Part shown: piece by piece, positions 10,665 to 19,626 of the stretch
Position numbering within the stretch: position 1 is the stretch's first letter
How the letters are laid out: each line of letters starts with the position of its first letter
Source of the DNA: an uncultured delta proteobacterium
Lineage (GTDB): Bacteria; Desulfobacterota; Desulfobacteria; Desulfobacterales; UBA2156
NCBI GenBank assembly: GCA_963736855.1
Contig: CAVTQK010000018.1
Span: forward strand, 1 to 30,808
Length of the DNA stretch: 30,808 nucleotides
Direction: 5' to 3'
Program-made: the position numbers and the translations under genes
Notes under the pieces: model-generated
Told to the model about the DNA's origin: nothing
The model's input: only the letters and a program-made list of their open reading frames with translations
Databases searched by the model: none

Positions 10665-11441
10665 ATGAGCATACGACTTGAAATAGCTGATCTAAAAAAA
10701 GTATACGTCGACAATACGTCTAAAAGCGACATCGACGTCTTTGACGGGATTAACTTCTCGGTTCAACAGGGGCAGATTTTCTCCATTGTCGGACCGAGCG
10801 GCTGCGGCAAAACCACGCTCCTGCGTCTGATCGCCGGGTTGGAGGAAAAGACTTCGGGAAGAATTCTGTTGGACGGTAAAATTCTTACCGGATGTGACGC
10901 GCAGGTGGGGATGGTATTTCAGGAGTACGCGCTGTTTCCCTGGCGAAAATTGGTCGAAAACATTGAAGTGGCGCTTGAAATCAAGGGTGTGGACGCCGCG
11001 GTTCGCCGTACCATGGCAATGCAGTATGTCCGGGATTTTGGCCTGGACGGATTTGAAAATGCTTTTCCCAAAGCGCTTTCCGGCGGCATGAAGCAGCGCG
11101 TGGCCATCGCGCGCACCCTGATTGCCAACCCGCAGGTGGTGTTGATGGATGAACCGTTCGGATCACTCGACAGTCAGACCCGAAATGTCATGCAGGAATT
11201 TCTCCTGAAAATCTGGGAAGAAAGAAAAGATACTATCCTTTTTGTCACCCATAACGTTGACGAGGCGGTATACATCGGCGACCGGATTGCCGTTTTATCC
11301 CCGCGCCCCGCCAGCATTTTGAAAATCTTTGATGTTGGTCTGGATCGGCCAAGGAATAGGACCGGAAAAGAACATAACCGGATCAGAAGCGATATTCTTC
11401 AATTGCTCAATGCCTCGGCAGCCACTCGTTCGTCATTCTGA
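10665..11441 (+). CDS. ABC transporter ATP-binding protein, SsuB/TauB type
   Basis: [46 protein letters not shown]. Confidence 0.93.
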   Translation: MSIRLEIADLKKVYVDNTSKSDIDVFDGINFSVQQGQIFSIVGPSGCGKTTLLRLIAGLEEKTSGRILLDGKILTGCDAQVGMVFQEYALFPWRKLVENIEVALEIKGVDAAVRRTMAMQYVRDFGLDGFENAFPKALSGGMKQRVAIARTLIANPQVVLMDEPFGSLDSQTRNVMQEFLLKIWEERKDTILFVTHNVDEAVYIGDRIAVLSPRPASILKIFDVGLDRPRNRTGKEHNRIRSDILQLLNASAATRSSF

Positions 11442-11924
11442 AGCAGCTATAGCAATTGTCATATAGTAACCTAAACTGAGTGATTATGATTTTGAGTAGC
11501 AGCCATCCCCGAAAAACTCGGTGAAAATGGCTGGCGGCAGTGGAATCATCTTACGGCTACGATTCGATCTGCAACCAGCTAGGGCAACCCTTCAGCACCC
11601 TTTGACTGTCCAACCCTGTGGTCGTTTCTAATGGCCGCAACCCACCCTTGCGCCCTCAATTGCGGCTGGGAGAAATCCTCGCCGTTGATATTGGGGAAAA
11701 TCTCAAACGCTGATCCCATATAACGACTTAATATTGTTTTGATTATTTAAGATTTCACATCGAAAAAACTATAATTGTATCTCAAATGCGATCGTTGTAA
11801 TTTTCATAATTTTTTCATCTTCCCATCATGACTTTTGCAAATCAGTATTGTAAACATCCATACTATACAGTTCGGCTCCAACATCATTCAAAATCAATAC
11901 CACTAAACAAAGGAGGAGATTGAC

Positions 11925-12257
11925 ATGACTCAAAAAGATGAAGTGCAAAAGATCAATGATTTATTCGGTTATCTTGGAACGAATACGCCTGAGCAGACAA
12001 TGGCATTCGGCCCTTTCATGGAGGCTGTCGAAAAAGATGGAAAAGTCCCTTCAAAAATCAAAGAGGCAGTCGCTCTTGGAATCGCGATAAAAGCGCAGTG
12101 CACAGGTTGCATCGCATGGCATACGAAGAGAGCGCTTGAGAAGGGGTTTACGAAGGAAGAGATCCTTGAGATCGCGTGGGTTGCTGTTCTCTTGGGAGGA
12201 GGACCGTCGCTTACATATCTGTCATATGTCAAAGATGCCTTAGCGGAATTTGCATAG
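11925..12257 (+). CDS. Carboxymuconolactone decarboxylase / AhpD-like protein with CxxC (copy 1)
   Basis: 110 aa; KIKEAVALGIAIKAQCTGCIAWH, GFTKEEILE, GGGPS; AAGGAGGAG RBS. Confidence 0.9.
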   Translation: MTQKDEVQKINDLFGYLGTNTPEQTMAFGPFMEAVEKDGKVPSKIKEAVALGIAIKAQCTGCIAWHTKRALEKGFTKEEILEIAWVAVLLGGGPSLTYLSYVKDALAEFA

Positions 12258-12260
12258 GAA

Positions 12261-12372
12261 TGCGTAACCATGGCGAACCGCTGTTCAGATCGATCGCCGA
12301 ACAGGCATTCCAATTGATCCCGAACAGTGGTTCCCACTAATGCCGAACAGTTCTCGGAGCGAAGCGACGTTG
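12261..12372 (+). mobile_element. Orphan IS21-family-like terminal repeat region (copy 1)
   Basis: Starts TGCGTA; four ~23 bp-spaced (C)CGAAC(A/C)G motifs, then CGGAGCGAAGCGACG; no istA/istB follows. Confidence 0.6.
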
Positions 12373-12550
12373 TTTTCAAAGAACATCTGTCACTTAAAAG
12401 CAGGCTGCCAAGTCTATCGGGCAGGTTCGCTTTATCATTTCATGTTGCTGTCGAGTTCACTTGTATATGATCATAAACAGCTGTCAAGAGATTACAACTG
12501 CATGACCTCAACCTTTAAGCGCGCCACTGCGATCTATAAAGGAGGTTCAT

Positions 12551-12766
12551 ATGCCATTTGTCAATATCAAGATAATCGAAGGGGTATTCAATGATGAGCA
12601 GAAACGGGGAATTATTAAAAAGGTTACGGATACGATGGTTTCCATCGAAGGTGAAAACATGCGTCCAGTAACCTGGGTTGTCGTTGAAGAGGTAAAAAGC
12701 GGTGATTGGGGAATAGGCGGTAAAAGCATTACCACAAAAGATGTCATAGCGATGGCTAAAGGTTAG
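12551..12766 (+). CDS. 4-oxalocrotonate tautomerase family protein
   Basis: 71 aa; N-terminal MP (catalytic Pro1), EQKRGIIKKVT, WVVVEEV..GDWGIGG; AAGGAGG RBS. Confidence 0.92.
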   Translation: MPFVNIKIIEGVFNDEQKRGIIKKVTDTMVSIEGENMRPVTWVVVEEVKSGDWGIGGKSITTKDVIAMAKG

Positions 12767-12917
12767 TAACTATTTTATCGAAAGTATGCCGTTTATAAAA
12801 AATTCAACATTGCAGTGGCGCGTTTTCAAAAAACACCATATCGATAGCCCGAGTCGGGTATTTACCTTATCGATTTATCACCTCAATTTTGCATGTGATG
12901 TAGCTCAAAAATAGAAA

Positions 12918-13007
12918 ACCATCTGGGACTGCTGTATTATAGGGGTGTCAGCAAACAACCCTAAAAAGACAAGAGGTACCCAGATGGTAAAACAACTTAG
13001 GTCATAA
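12918..13007 (+). promoter_or_regulatory. Nested hairpin pairing an ATG and enclosing its RBS, with a 7-codon mini-ORF upstream of aor
   Basis: ACCATCTGGG (12918-12927) pairs with CCCAGATGGT (12979-12988); inner TAGGGGTGT/ACAACCCTA stem; ATG 12984 MVKQLRS stop 13007. Confidence 0.5.
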
Positions 13008-13023
13008 CAAAGGAGGACCATTC

Positions 13024-14766
13024 ATGGACAAGATCCTAAGAATCAATGTCGGCGCCGAGGGTGGGCCCAAGGCGGTCGTGGAATCGCTCGGCGGTTATGC
13101 GGGAATGGGCGGCCGCGGGCTGACATCCGCACTCATCGCCAAGGAGGTGCCGCCCCTGTGCCACCCGCTTGGCGAAGAAAACAAGCTTGTCATCGCCCCC
13201 GGAATGCTCAGCGGCACCACGGCGGCCATGTCGGGGCGGATCTCGGTCGGGTGCAAAGGCCCTCTGACCGGCACCATCAAGGAAGCCAATGCCGGCGGCC
13301 AGCCCTCGCAGATGCTCGCGCGCCTGGGGTATGCGGCGATCGTCCTGGAGGGAAAGCCGAAGGACGACACGCTCTATACGGTTGTCATCGACAAGGACGG
13401 CGTCAAAATCGAAGCGGACAACAGCCTGTGCATGCTCGGCAACTATGACACGGTGGCCAGATTGAAAGAGCGTTACGGCGAAGAGGTGTCGGTCATTTCC
13501 ATTGGGCCCGCCGGAGAAATGAAATTGGGGGCGGCATCCATCGCCTTTACCGACATGGAGCAGCGCCCTACCCGGCACGCCGCACGAGGCGGCGTGGGGG
13601 CGGTGATGGGCGCCAAGCGCATCAAGGCGATCGTTGTCGACGACACCGGCACGGCCATGCGGACACCCAAGGACCCGGAGGCATTCAAGGCGGCAAACCA
13701 GAAATTCGTGGCCGGACTCAAACAGCACCCGGTCACCGGCCAGGGGCTCCCCGCCTACGGCACCAATATCCTCACCAACGTCATCAACGAAGCCGGCGCC
13801 TATCCGACCCACAATTTTTCCACAGGAAAGTTCGCCGGTGCATCGAAAATCAGCGGCGAAACCCAGGCAGCGCTCGAAGAGGAGCGGGGCGGAAAGGGCG
13901 CCGCCACGCACGGCTGCCACCGCGGCTGTGTCATCCGGTGCTCCGGAACTTTCTACGACAAGATGGGGCGCTTTCTCACAAAGCAGCCCGAATACGAGAC
14001 TGTCTGGGCGCACGGGGCCAATTGCGGCATCGACGATCTCGACGCCATCGCTCAACTGGACCGGATGGACGACGATCTGGGGATCGATACCATCGAAGTG
14101 GGCGCCACCATTGCAGTGGCCATGGAGGCCGGCGTCGCCAAATTCGGCGATGCGGAAGCGGCCATCCGCCTGGTCGAGGAAATCCGCAAGGGGACTCCCC
14201 TCGGCCGCATTCTCGGCAGCGGTGCGACGGTGACCGGAAAAGTATTCGGGGTCGAACGGGTGCCCGCGGTCAAGGGGCAGGCCATGCCCGCCTACGACCC
14301 CCGCGCCATTCAGGGAATCGGGGTGACCTATGCCACCAGCACCATGGGGGCGGACCACACCGCCGGATACGCCATCGCCACCAACATCCTGGGTGTGGGC
14401 GGCAGCGTGGACCCGCTGAAACCCGAAGGGCAGGTCGAGCTTTCCCGCAATCTTCAGGTGGCCACCGCCGCGGTGGACGCCACCGGGATGTGCCTCTTCA
14501 TCGCGTTTGCCGTCCTGGATCAGCCCGAAACCTTCCAGGCGCTGATTGACATGATCAACGCATTCTACGGATTGAGCCTCACGGCCGACGATGTGGCCAA
14601 CCTGGGGAAGAACATCCTGAAAATCGAGCGGGACTTCAACCACAAAGCCGGCTTCACCTCCAAGGACGACAGGCTGCCGGCTTACATGTACAGAGAGAAA
14701 ATCGCCCCGCACAACGTAACCTTCCAGGTGAGGGACGAAGAACTGGATCAGGTGTTCAACTGGTGA
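13024..14766 (+). CDS. aor: Aldehyde:ferredoxin oxidoreductase (tungstopterin family)
   Basis: GMGGRGL, KGPLTGTIKEANAGG, AARGGVGAVMGAKRIKAI, CHRGCVIRC, PEYET, DDLGIDTIE, KGQAMPAYDPR, GADHT, DDRLP. Confidence 0.94.
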   Translation: MDKILRINVGAEGGPKAVVESLGGYAGMGGRGLTSALIAKEVPPLCHPLGEENKLVIAPGMLSGTTAAMSGRISVGCKGPLTGTIKEANAGGQPSQMLARLGYAAIVLEGKPKDDTLYTVVIDKDGVKIEADNSLCMLGNYDTVARLKERYGEEVSVISIGPAGEMKLGAASIAFTDMEQRPTRHAARGGVGAVMGAKRIKAIVVDDTGTAMRTPKDPEAFKAANQKFVAGLKQHPVTGQGLPAYGTNILTNVINEAGAYPTHNFSTGKFAGASKISGETQAALEEERGGKGAATHGCHRGCVIRCSGTFYDKMGRFLTKQPEYETVWAHGANCGIDDLDAIAQLDRMDDDLGIDTIEVGATIAVAMEAGVAKFGDAEAAIRLVEEIRKGTPLGRILGSGATVTGKVFGVERVPAVKGQAMPAYDPRAIQGIGVTYATSTMGADHTAGYAIATNILGVGGSVDPLKPEGQVELSRNLQVATAAVDATGMCLFIAFAVLDQPETFQALIDMINAFYGLSLTADDVANLGKNILKIERDFNHKAGFTSKDDRLPAYMYREKIAPHNVTFQVRDEELDQVFNW

Positions 14767-14777
14767 CAGTTCGTCGC

Positions 14778-14808
14778 AGGGGCGCCATCTCCCGGAGACG
14801 GCGCCCCT
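14778..14808 (+). terminator. GC-rich hairpin after aor
   Basis: AGGGGCGCC...GGCGCCCCT stem 12 nt after the stop; U-tract is weak. Confidence 0.55.
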
Positions 14809-14828
14809 TCAAAACCGAGAGCGACACG

Positions 14829-14942
14829 TATGCCGCCCTCGGTTCCTTGGCGCGCGACAAGAAGATCAAAATGTAAACCGTCATGGATGCGCAAAAACAG
14901 CTCGAAATCGATCCGGACAAGTTGAATCCTTTATGTGTCTGA
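14829..14942 (+). pseudogene. aceE: C-terminal remnant of homodimeric pyruvate dehydrogenase E1
   Basis: Manual translation YAALGSLARDKKIKM*TVMDAQKQLEIDPDKLNPLCV* resembles the AceE C-terminus (AALxxLA...IDxDKxNP); internal stop at 14874; sits directly upstream of E2. Confidence 0.75.
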
Positions 14943-15017
14943 CCGCCATTTTTTTGGTGAACCCGAAAAAGGAGTACGGTTGAGTCCCGTCTGAATAAAA
15001 GAAGAAAGAGAGCCGAT

Positions 15018-16378
15018 ATGATAAAAGAAATTCGAATTCCGGAAATCGGCGAGAACGTCGAATCCGGTAAAGTTGTCGGTGTGCTCGTAAAACCGGGAGA
15101 TCGTGTGGAGGCGGACGACGGCATCATCGAGGTGGAAACGGAAAAGGCCGTGGTAGAGATTCCTTCTCCGGAAAAAGGCCAAATCACCGAGATGCTCGTG
15201 AAAGAAGGCGACGGCGTGAAGGTGGGGGACGTGATTGCCAAATTGGAGACCGAAACAGATGGCGAAAAAGAGGAAGCGAGCAGCGGACCCGAAAAAATAA
15301 AGGAAAAAATTCGGAAAACCGAAAAACCCGAACAGCGGGAAGATGCAGAAAAAAGGAAAGCTCGGAAGACAGAAAATGCCGAAATAGAAGAGGCCAAATT
15401 AAAGACCGAACCGACGAAAAAGAGGTGCCGGTGGTAGAGGAAACTGGAAAGAAAAATGCGCCCGTGGACGGCTCCATTCCGTCATCCCCATCGGTTCGTC
15501 GTTTTGCAAGGGAATTGGGCGTAGATCTACGACAAGTGGACAGTACCGGTCCAAGCGGCAGAATAACCGAATCGGATGTAAAGGCTTTCATCAAATCGAT
15601 GGGAACCTCCAAGGACATTGGAGAAAAAAGAATCGGAGCGGCTGAAATCGGGATGCGGGACTTGCCGGATTTGAGCCGGTGGGGGGAAGTCGAAGCAGTC
15701 GAATTGTCCACGGTTCGCAGGCTCATCGCTCAAAGTACGGCGGTTTCCTGGCAGACCGTTCCGCATGTCACCCAGTTTGAAGAAGCGGACGTTACTCATT
15801 TGGAAGAATTTATCGGCGCGCATGCGGAAAAAATCAGGCAAACCGGCGGCAAACTGACCATAATCGCGGTAATCATCAAAATCTGCGCCGCGGCACTGAA
15901 GCGCTTTCCACAATTCAACGCGGCCATCGATACGGCAAACAATCGAATCGTGTATCGCAAGTATGTACACATCGGCATGGACGTGGATACGGAAAGAGGG
16001 TTGGTGGTGCCGGTAATCCGAAATGCCGATAAAAAGAGCATCTCGGATTTGGCAAGGGAAATCGTGGATCTGTCAGAACGGACCCGCAACAAAAAGATCA
16101 AACCCGACGAACTGGAAGGAGGCGGTTTCACGGTTTCCAATCAGGGCGGTATCGGCGGCACTCAGTTTACGCCAATCGTTTTGTGGCCGCAGGCTGCCAT
16201 CATCGGCATCAGCCGAGCCTCGGTTGTGCCGCGTTATATCGAGGGCGGCTTTGAACCGCGCACGGTTTTGCCTTTGGCGCTTTCCTATGATCATCGTATT
16301 GCCGACTGCGCGGATGCCGCGCGCTTTTTGCGATGGGTCCGAGAAAGCATCGAACAGCCGATGACGATCTTTTTGTAA
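15018..16378 (+). CDS. aceF: Dihydrolipoamide acyltransferase E2 (single lipoyl domain; frameshift near 15420)
   Basis: Lipoyl domain VETEKAVVEIPSP, E3-binding SPSVRRFARELGVDL...GPSGRITESDV, catalytic domain VPHVTQF...SYDHRIAD. Confidence 0.9.
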
Positions 16379-16405
16379 CGATTATGAAAGGAATAGGACT
16401 GTAAA

Positions 16406-17833
16406 ATGAACGACAACAGGACACAACTGGTGGTGATCGGTGGCGGTCCAGGCGGATATGCAGCGGCTTTTTTAGCCGGTGATCTGGGTATGGAAGTTAC
16501 CTTGGTGGATCCGCGGGAAAATCCGGGTGGTGTGTGTTTGTATGAAGGATGCATTCCGTCGAAGGCGCTTTTGCATGTGGCCAAGGTCATCGGCGAAGCG
16601 CGCGCGGCACGCGAATGGGGCGTTACGTACGGGGATCCGAAAATCGATGTGGAAAAGCTTCGCGGGTGGAAAAATGGTGTGGTCGAAAAACTGACCGGTG
16701 GTCTCGGACAGTTGGTCCAGCGCCGAAAAATCCATCATGTGAGGGGCACCGCCGTATTTTCGGACGATCATACGCTTTCCATCGATACGCTGGAAGGGGA
16801 AAAACAGGATCTCCGGTTCGAACAGGCCATTATCGCCACCGGATCCCATCCTGTCGCCGTGCCGGGCTTCGATTTTGATTCAAAACATGTAATCCATGCG
16901 AAAGGCGCGCTTTCGATTCCGGACATACCGAAAAAACTGCTGGTGGTCGGCGGCGGGTACATCGGTTTGGAACTTGGATCTTTTTATGCCGCGATCGGTT
17001 CGAAGGTAACGGTGGTGGAAATGACGCCGAATCTGTTGCCGGGGGTCGATAAGGATCTGGTGCGGGTGCTGCAAAAACAGGTGCGGGACAACTTCGAAAA
17101 TATATTTCTTCAAACTATGGCAAAAGAGCCGAAAGTGCAGAAAGATGGCGTGCATGTGACCTTGTCGGGAAAAGAAATAGAATCTAAGATAATGATTTTC
17201 AATAAAGTTCTCATTGCGGTGGGAAGAAGACCGAACACCAAAGGGCTCGGTCTTGAAAAGGCGGGTGTGGAAATCGACGACCGTGGTTTTATCAAAACCG
17301 ACGAACAGAGGCGAACGGCGGCCGGACATATTTTTGCCATCGGCGATGTGGCCGGCGATCCGATGCTGGCGCACAAAGCCTCTTATGAAGGGCGGCTTGC
17401 CGTCGAAGTCATTTCCGGGAAAAAATCGATTTACGATCCGGCCGCGGTGCCGGCGGTGGTATTTACGGATCCGGAAATCGCCTACGCCGGGCTGAGTGAA
17501 AGCGAGGCCAAGGAAAAAGGTATTTCTCATCAAGTCGTACGATTCCCCTGGGGTGCGTCGGGGCGCGCGGCTACGATGGCCCATTCGGAAGGAATGACCA
17601 AAATGATCGTGGACACCGAGACCGAGCGGATTTTGGGAATCGCAATGGTCGGCTCGGGCGCCGGTGAACTCATTGCCGAAGGCGTGCTGGCCATCGAAAT
17701 GGCCGCCAATGTGACCGATGTGGCGCTGAGCATTCATCCACACCCCACGCTCAGTGAAACGATCAAGGAAGCGGCGGAAGGGTTTCACGGGACCGCCACC
17801 CATTATCATAGCCCCAAACGGAAGGGGAAGTAG
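16406..17833 (+). CDS. lpdA: Dihydrolipoamide dehydrogenase E3
   Basis: GGGPGGY, redox disulfide CLYEGCIPSK, GGGYIGLE, AIGD, HPHPTLSE. Confidence 0.96.
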   Translation: MNDNRTQLVVIGGGPGGYAAAFLAGDLGMEVTLVDPRENPGGVCLYEGCIPSKALLHVAKVIGEARAAREWGVTYGDPKIDVEKLRGWKNGVVEKLTGGLGQLVQRRKIHHVRGTAVFSDDHTLSIDTLEGEKQDLRFEQAIIATGSHPVAVPGFDFDSKHVIHAKGALSIPDIPKKLLVVGGGYIGLELGSFYAAIGSKVTVVEMTPNLLPGVDKDLVRVLQKQVRDNFENIFLQTMAKEPKVQKDGVHVTLSGKEIESKIMIFNKVLIAVGRRPNTKGLGLEKAGVEIDDRGFIKTDEQRRTAAGHIFAIGDVAGDPMLAHKASYEGRLAVEVISGKKSIYDPAAVPAVVFTDPEIAYAGLSESEAKEKGISHQVVRFPWGASGRAATMAHSEGMTKMIVDTETERILGIAMVGSGAGELIAEGVLAIEMAANVTDVALSIHPHPTLSETIKEAAEGFHGTATHYHSPKRKGK

Positions 17834-17922
17834 CGGCTGGAAACATGGGGCAAGGAGTGACACCTGAAGCTTATTCGGTTGGGGTATAAGAAATATATGA
17901 GTCTAACCAAAACTCGGATCTA

Positions 17923-18744
17923 ATGCGAAAAGCACTCCATAATACCAAAGAGAACCGCCTGGATGAAGTTACCACGAACTTGCAGTCTCTGTCTGGTGGG
18001 ATGAGCATGGCTGCAGCTCACCATGCCCATCGAGGCAGCTGGTGGCTGGTCGATCTGCCGGTGGTAGCTTACGCCCCGGCGCTTGATCTGCAGCATCGGG
18101 TGTTGTCTGCCGTTCAGAACAAGACTTTTGTCGGCGGAGTGATACTGATGCTGGAACATTCACCGGTTTACACTTTAGGCCGTCGGGGCGGGCGCGACAA
18201 TCTGTGTGTAGCGGACGATGTCCTTGCTCAAGCCGGCATTGACCTGGTTTCGACAGAACGTGGTGGGGATATAACCTACCACGCTCCTGGCCAGCTGGTG
18301 GTCTATCCCATTGTCGATCTAAAAAAAGCCCGCCTGGGGGTGGTCGATTTTGTATCGGCTTTGGAGGAGGTCATGATCCTCACCGCTGCAGACTTTGGGA
18401 TTGATGCCGTACGCAATGAACTAAACCGTGGCGTTTGGATCGGAACAAAAAAGCTCGGCAGTATCGGTATTGCCGTTCGGTGCGGTGTCAGCTTCCACGG
18501 ACTGGCGCTCAATGTGAACACAGATTTAACGCCTTTTGGGTGGATCAACCCGTGCGGTTTGAGCGGTATTGGTGTAATTTCGCTGCAAAATGAACTCAAA
18601 AAAACCATCGAAATGGCCCAAGTCCGCCATGCCATGGTCAAAAGCATAACCAAAGTCTTCAATATTAAATTGCACAAGCAAACGCCAGAAACGCTCTTTA
18701 AGTGGCTCTCTGTTACCATTGACATGGAAAACCTATGCCTGTAA
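17923..18744 (+). CDS. lipB: Lipoyl(octanoyl) transferase (true start may be ATG 18001 or 18007)
   Basis: LEHSPVYTLG, RGGDITYHAPGQLVVYP, KKLGSIG, HGLALNV, INPCG. Confidence 0.94.
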   Translation: MRKALHNTKENRLDEVTTNLQSLSGGMSMAAAHHAHRGSWWLVDLPVVAYAPALDLQHRVLSAVQNKTFVGGVILMLEHSPVYTLGRRGGRDNLCVADDVLAQAGIDLVSTERGGDITYHAPGQLVVYPIVDLKKARLGVVDFVSALEEVMILTAADFGIDAVRNELNRGVWIGTKKLGSIGIAVRCGVSFHGLALNVNTDLTPFGWINPCGLSGIGVISLQNELKKTIEMAQVRHAMVKSITKVFNIKLHKQTPETLFKWLSVTIDMENLCL

Positions 18745-19619
18745 ATCAAACAACATCAAAACCACCTTGGCTGAAAAAGCGCCTGCCGATCGGTCATGCC
18801 TACGAAAAGGTCAAGGACCTTCTGGCCAGAGAACATTTACACACAGTCTGTCAGGTGGCCCGCTGCCCCAATATCTGGGAATGCTTTTCTAAACAGACCG
18901 CCACCTTTCTGATTTTGGGTGACCGCTGCACCCGCAACTGTGGGTTTTGTGCGGTCTCAAACAATATACCAGCCCCACTCGATCCCGATGAACCTGAGCG
19001 CGTGGCTGCAGCCGCCGAAAAACTGGGCCTGGTGGGGGTGGGGGCCTATGTGGTGGTGACATCGGTCACTAGGGACGATCTGGCCGACGGTGGCGCCGGT
19101 CATTTTGCCCGCACCATCGGCGCTATTAGAAAGCTCAGCCCCGAAACGCTGATAGAGGTGTTGATCCCCGATTTTCAGGGCAATTCTAATGCCCTTGCTA
19201 CCGTGCTGGCGGCTCGACCAGATGTGCTGAACCACAACATCGAAACAGTGCCCGATTTATATGCAACCGTCCGGCCCCAAGCCGACTATAAGCGTTCCAT
19301 CAACCTTATCGCCCGAGTCCATGCTGAAACTCCACAAATTGCAACTAAGTCGGGTATCATGCTTGGCCTGGGGGAAGACTCATCGGCGGTAAAAGGGGTA
19401 TTTGAAGATCTTCTGGCGGCCGGATGCCTTGTTTTGACCATCGGCCAGTATCTGCAGCCGTCGCCAGCCCATCTGCCGGTGGTGCGCTACATAACCCCGG
19501 CGGAATTTAAAACCTGGCGAAAAATCGCTGTCGATATGGGTTTTGTCGAAGTCGCCAGTGGCCCGTTTGTTCGCAGCTCTTACGACGCCAAAAAGCTATT
19601 TGACGCCATCAAAACCTAA
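18735..19619 (+). CDS. lipA: Lipoyl synthase
   Basis: KPPWLK, CX4CX5C (CQVARCPNIWEC), CTRNCGFC, NHNIETV, GQYLQP, VRSSY. Confidence 0.96.
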   Translation: MPVNQTTSKPPWLKKRLPIGHAYEKVKDLLAREHLHTVCQVARCPNIWECFSKQTATFLILGDRCTRNCGFCAVSNNIPAPLDPDEPERVAAAAEKLGLVGVGAYVVVTSVTRDDLADGGAGHFARTIGAIRKLSPETLIEVLIPDFQGNSNALATVLAARPDVLNHNIETVPDLYATVRPQADYKRSINLIARVHAETPQIATKSGIMLGLGEDSSAVKGVFEDLLAAGCLVLTIGQYLQPSPAHLPVVRYITPAEFKTWRKIAVDMGFVEVASGPFVRSSYDAKKLFDAIKT

Positions 19620-19626
19620 GGAGCTT

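Larger units (their letters stand above)
11781..12397. repeat. Copy 1 of a ~620 bp direct duplication (promoter, CMD/AhpD gene, IS21-like end)
   Basis: Aligns by eye with 21961..22583 from ctcaaat to tgtcacttaa, with scattered substitutions and small indels. Confidence 0.95.

Noticed and set aside
11500..11760. Possible degraded transposase C-terminus (VVSNGR...NCGWEK...ILGKI), IS1380-like
   Set aside because: Needs several frameshifts and the similarity is too weak to support without a search.
12261..12372. Possible mini-CRISPR
   Set aside because: Period of ~23 bp is too short, repeats are degenerate, and there are no cas genes; fits an IS end better.
12900..13020. Moco/Tuco riboswitch upstream of aor
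   Set aside because: Could not match the motif by eye; kept only as an unassigned hairpin.
13036..14712. 558 aa antisense ORF over aor
   Set aside because: Shadow of a GC3-rich gene; no recognisable motifs; the sense ORF is a clear AOR.
16880..17863. 327 aa antisense ORF over lpdA, and similar short overlapping ORFs throughout
   Set aside because: Shadow frames of well-supported genes.
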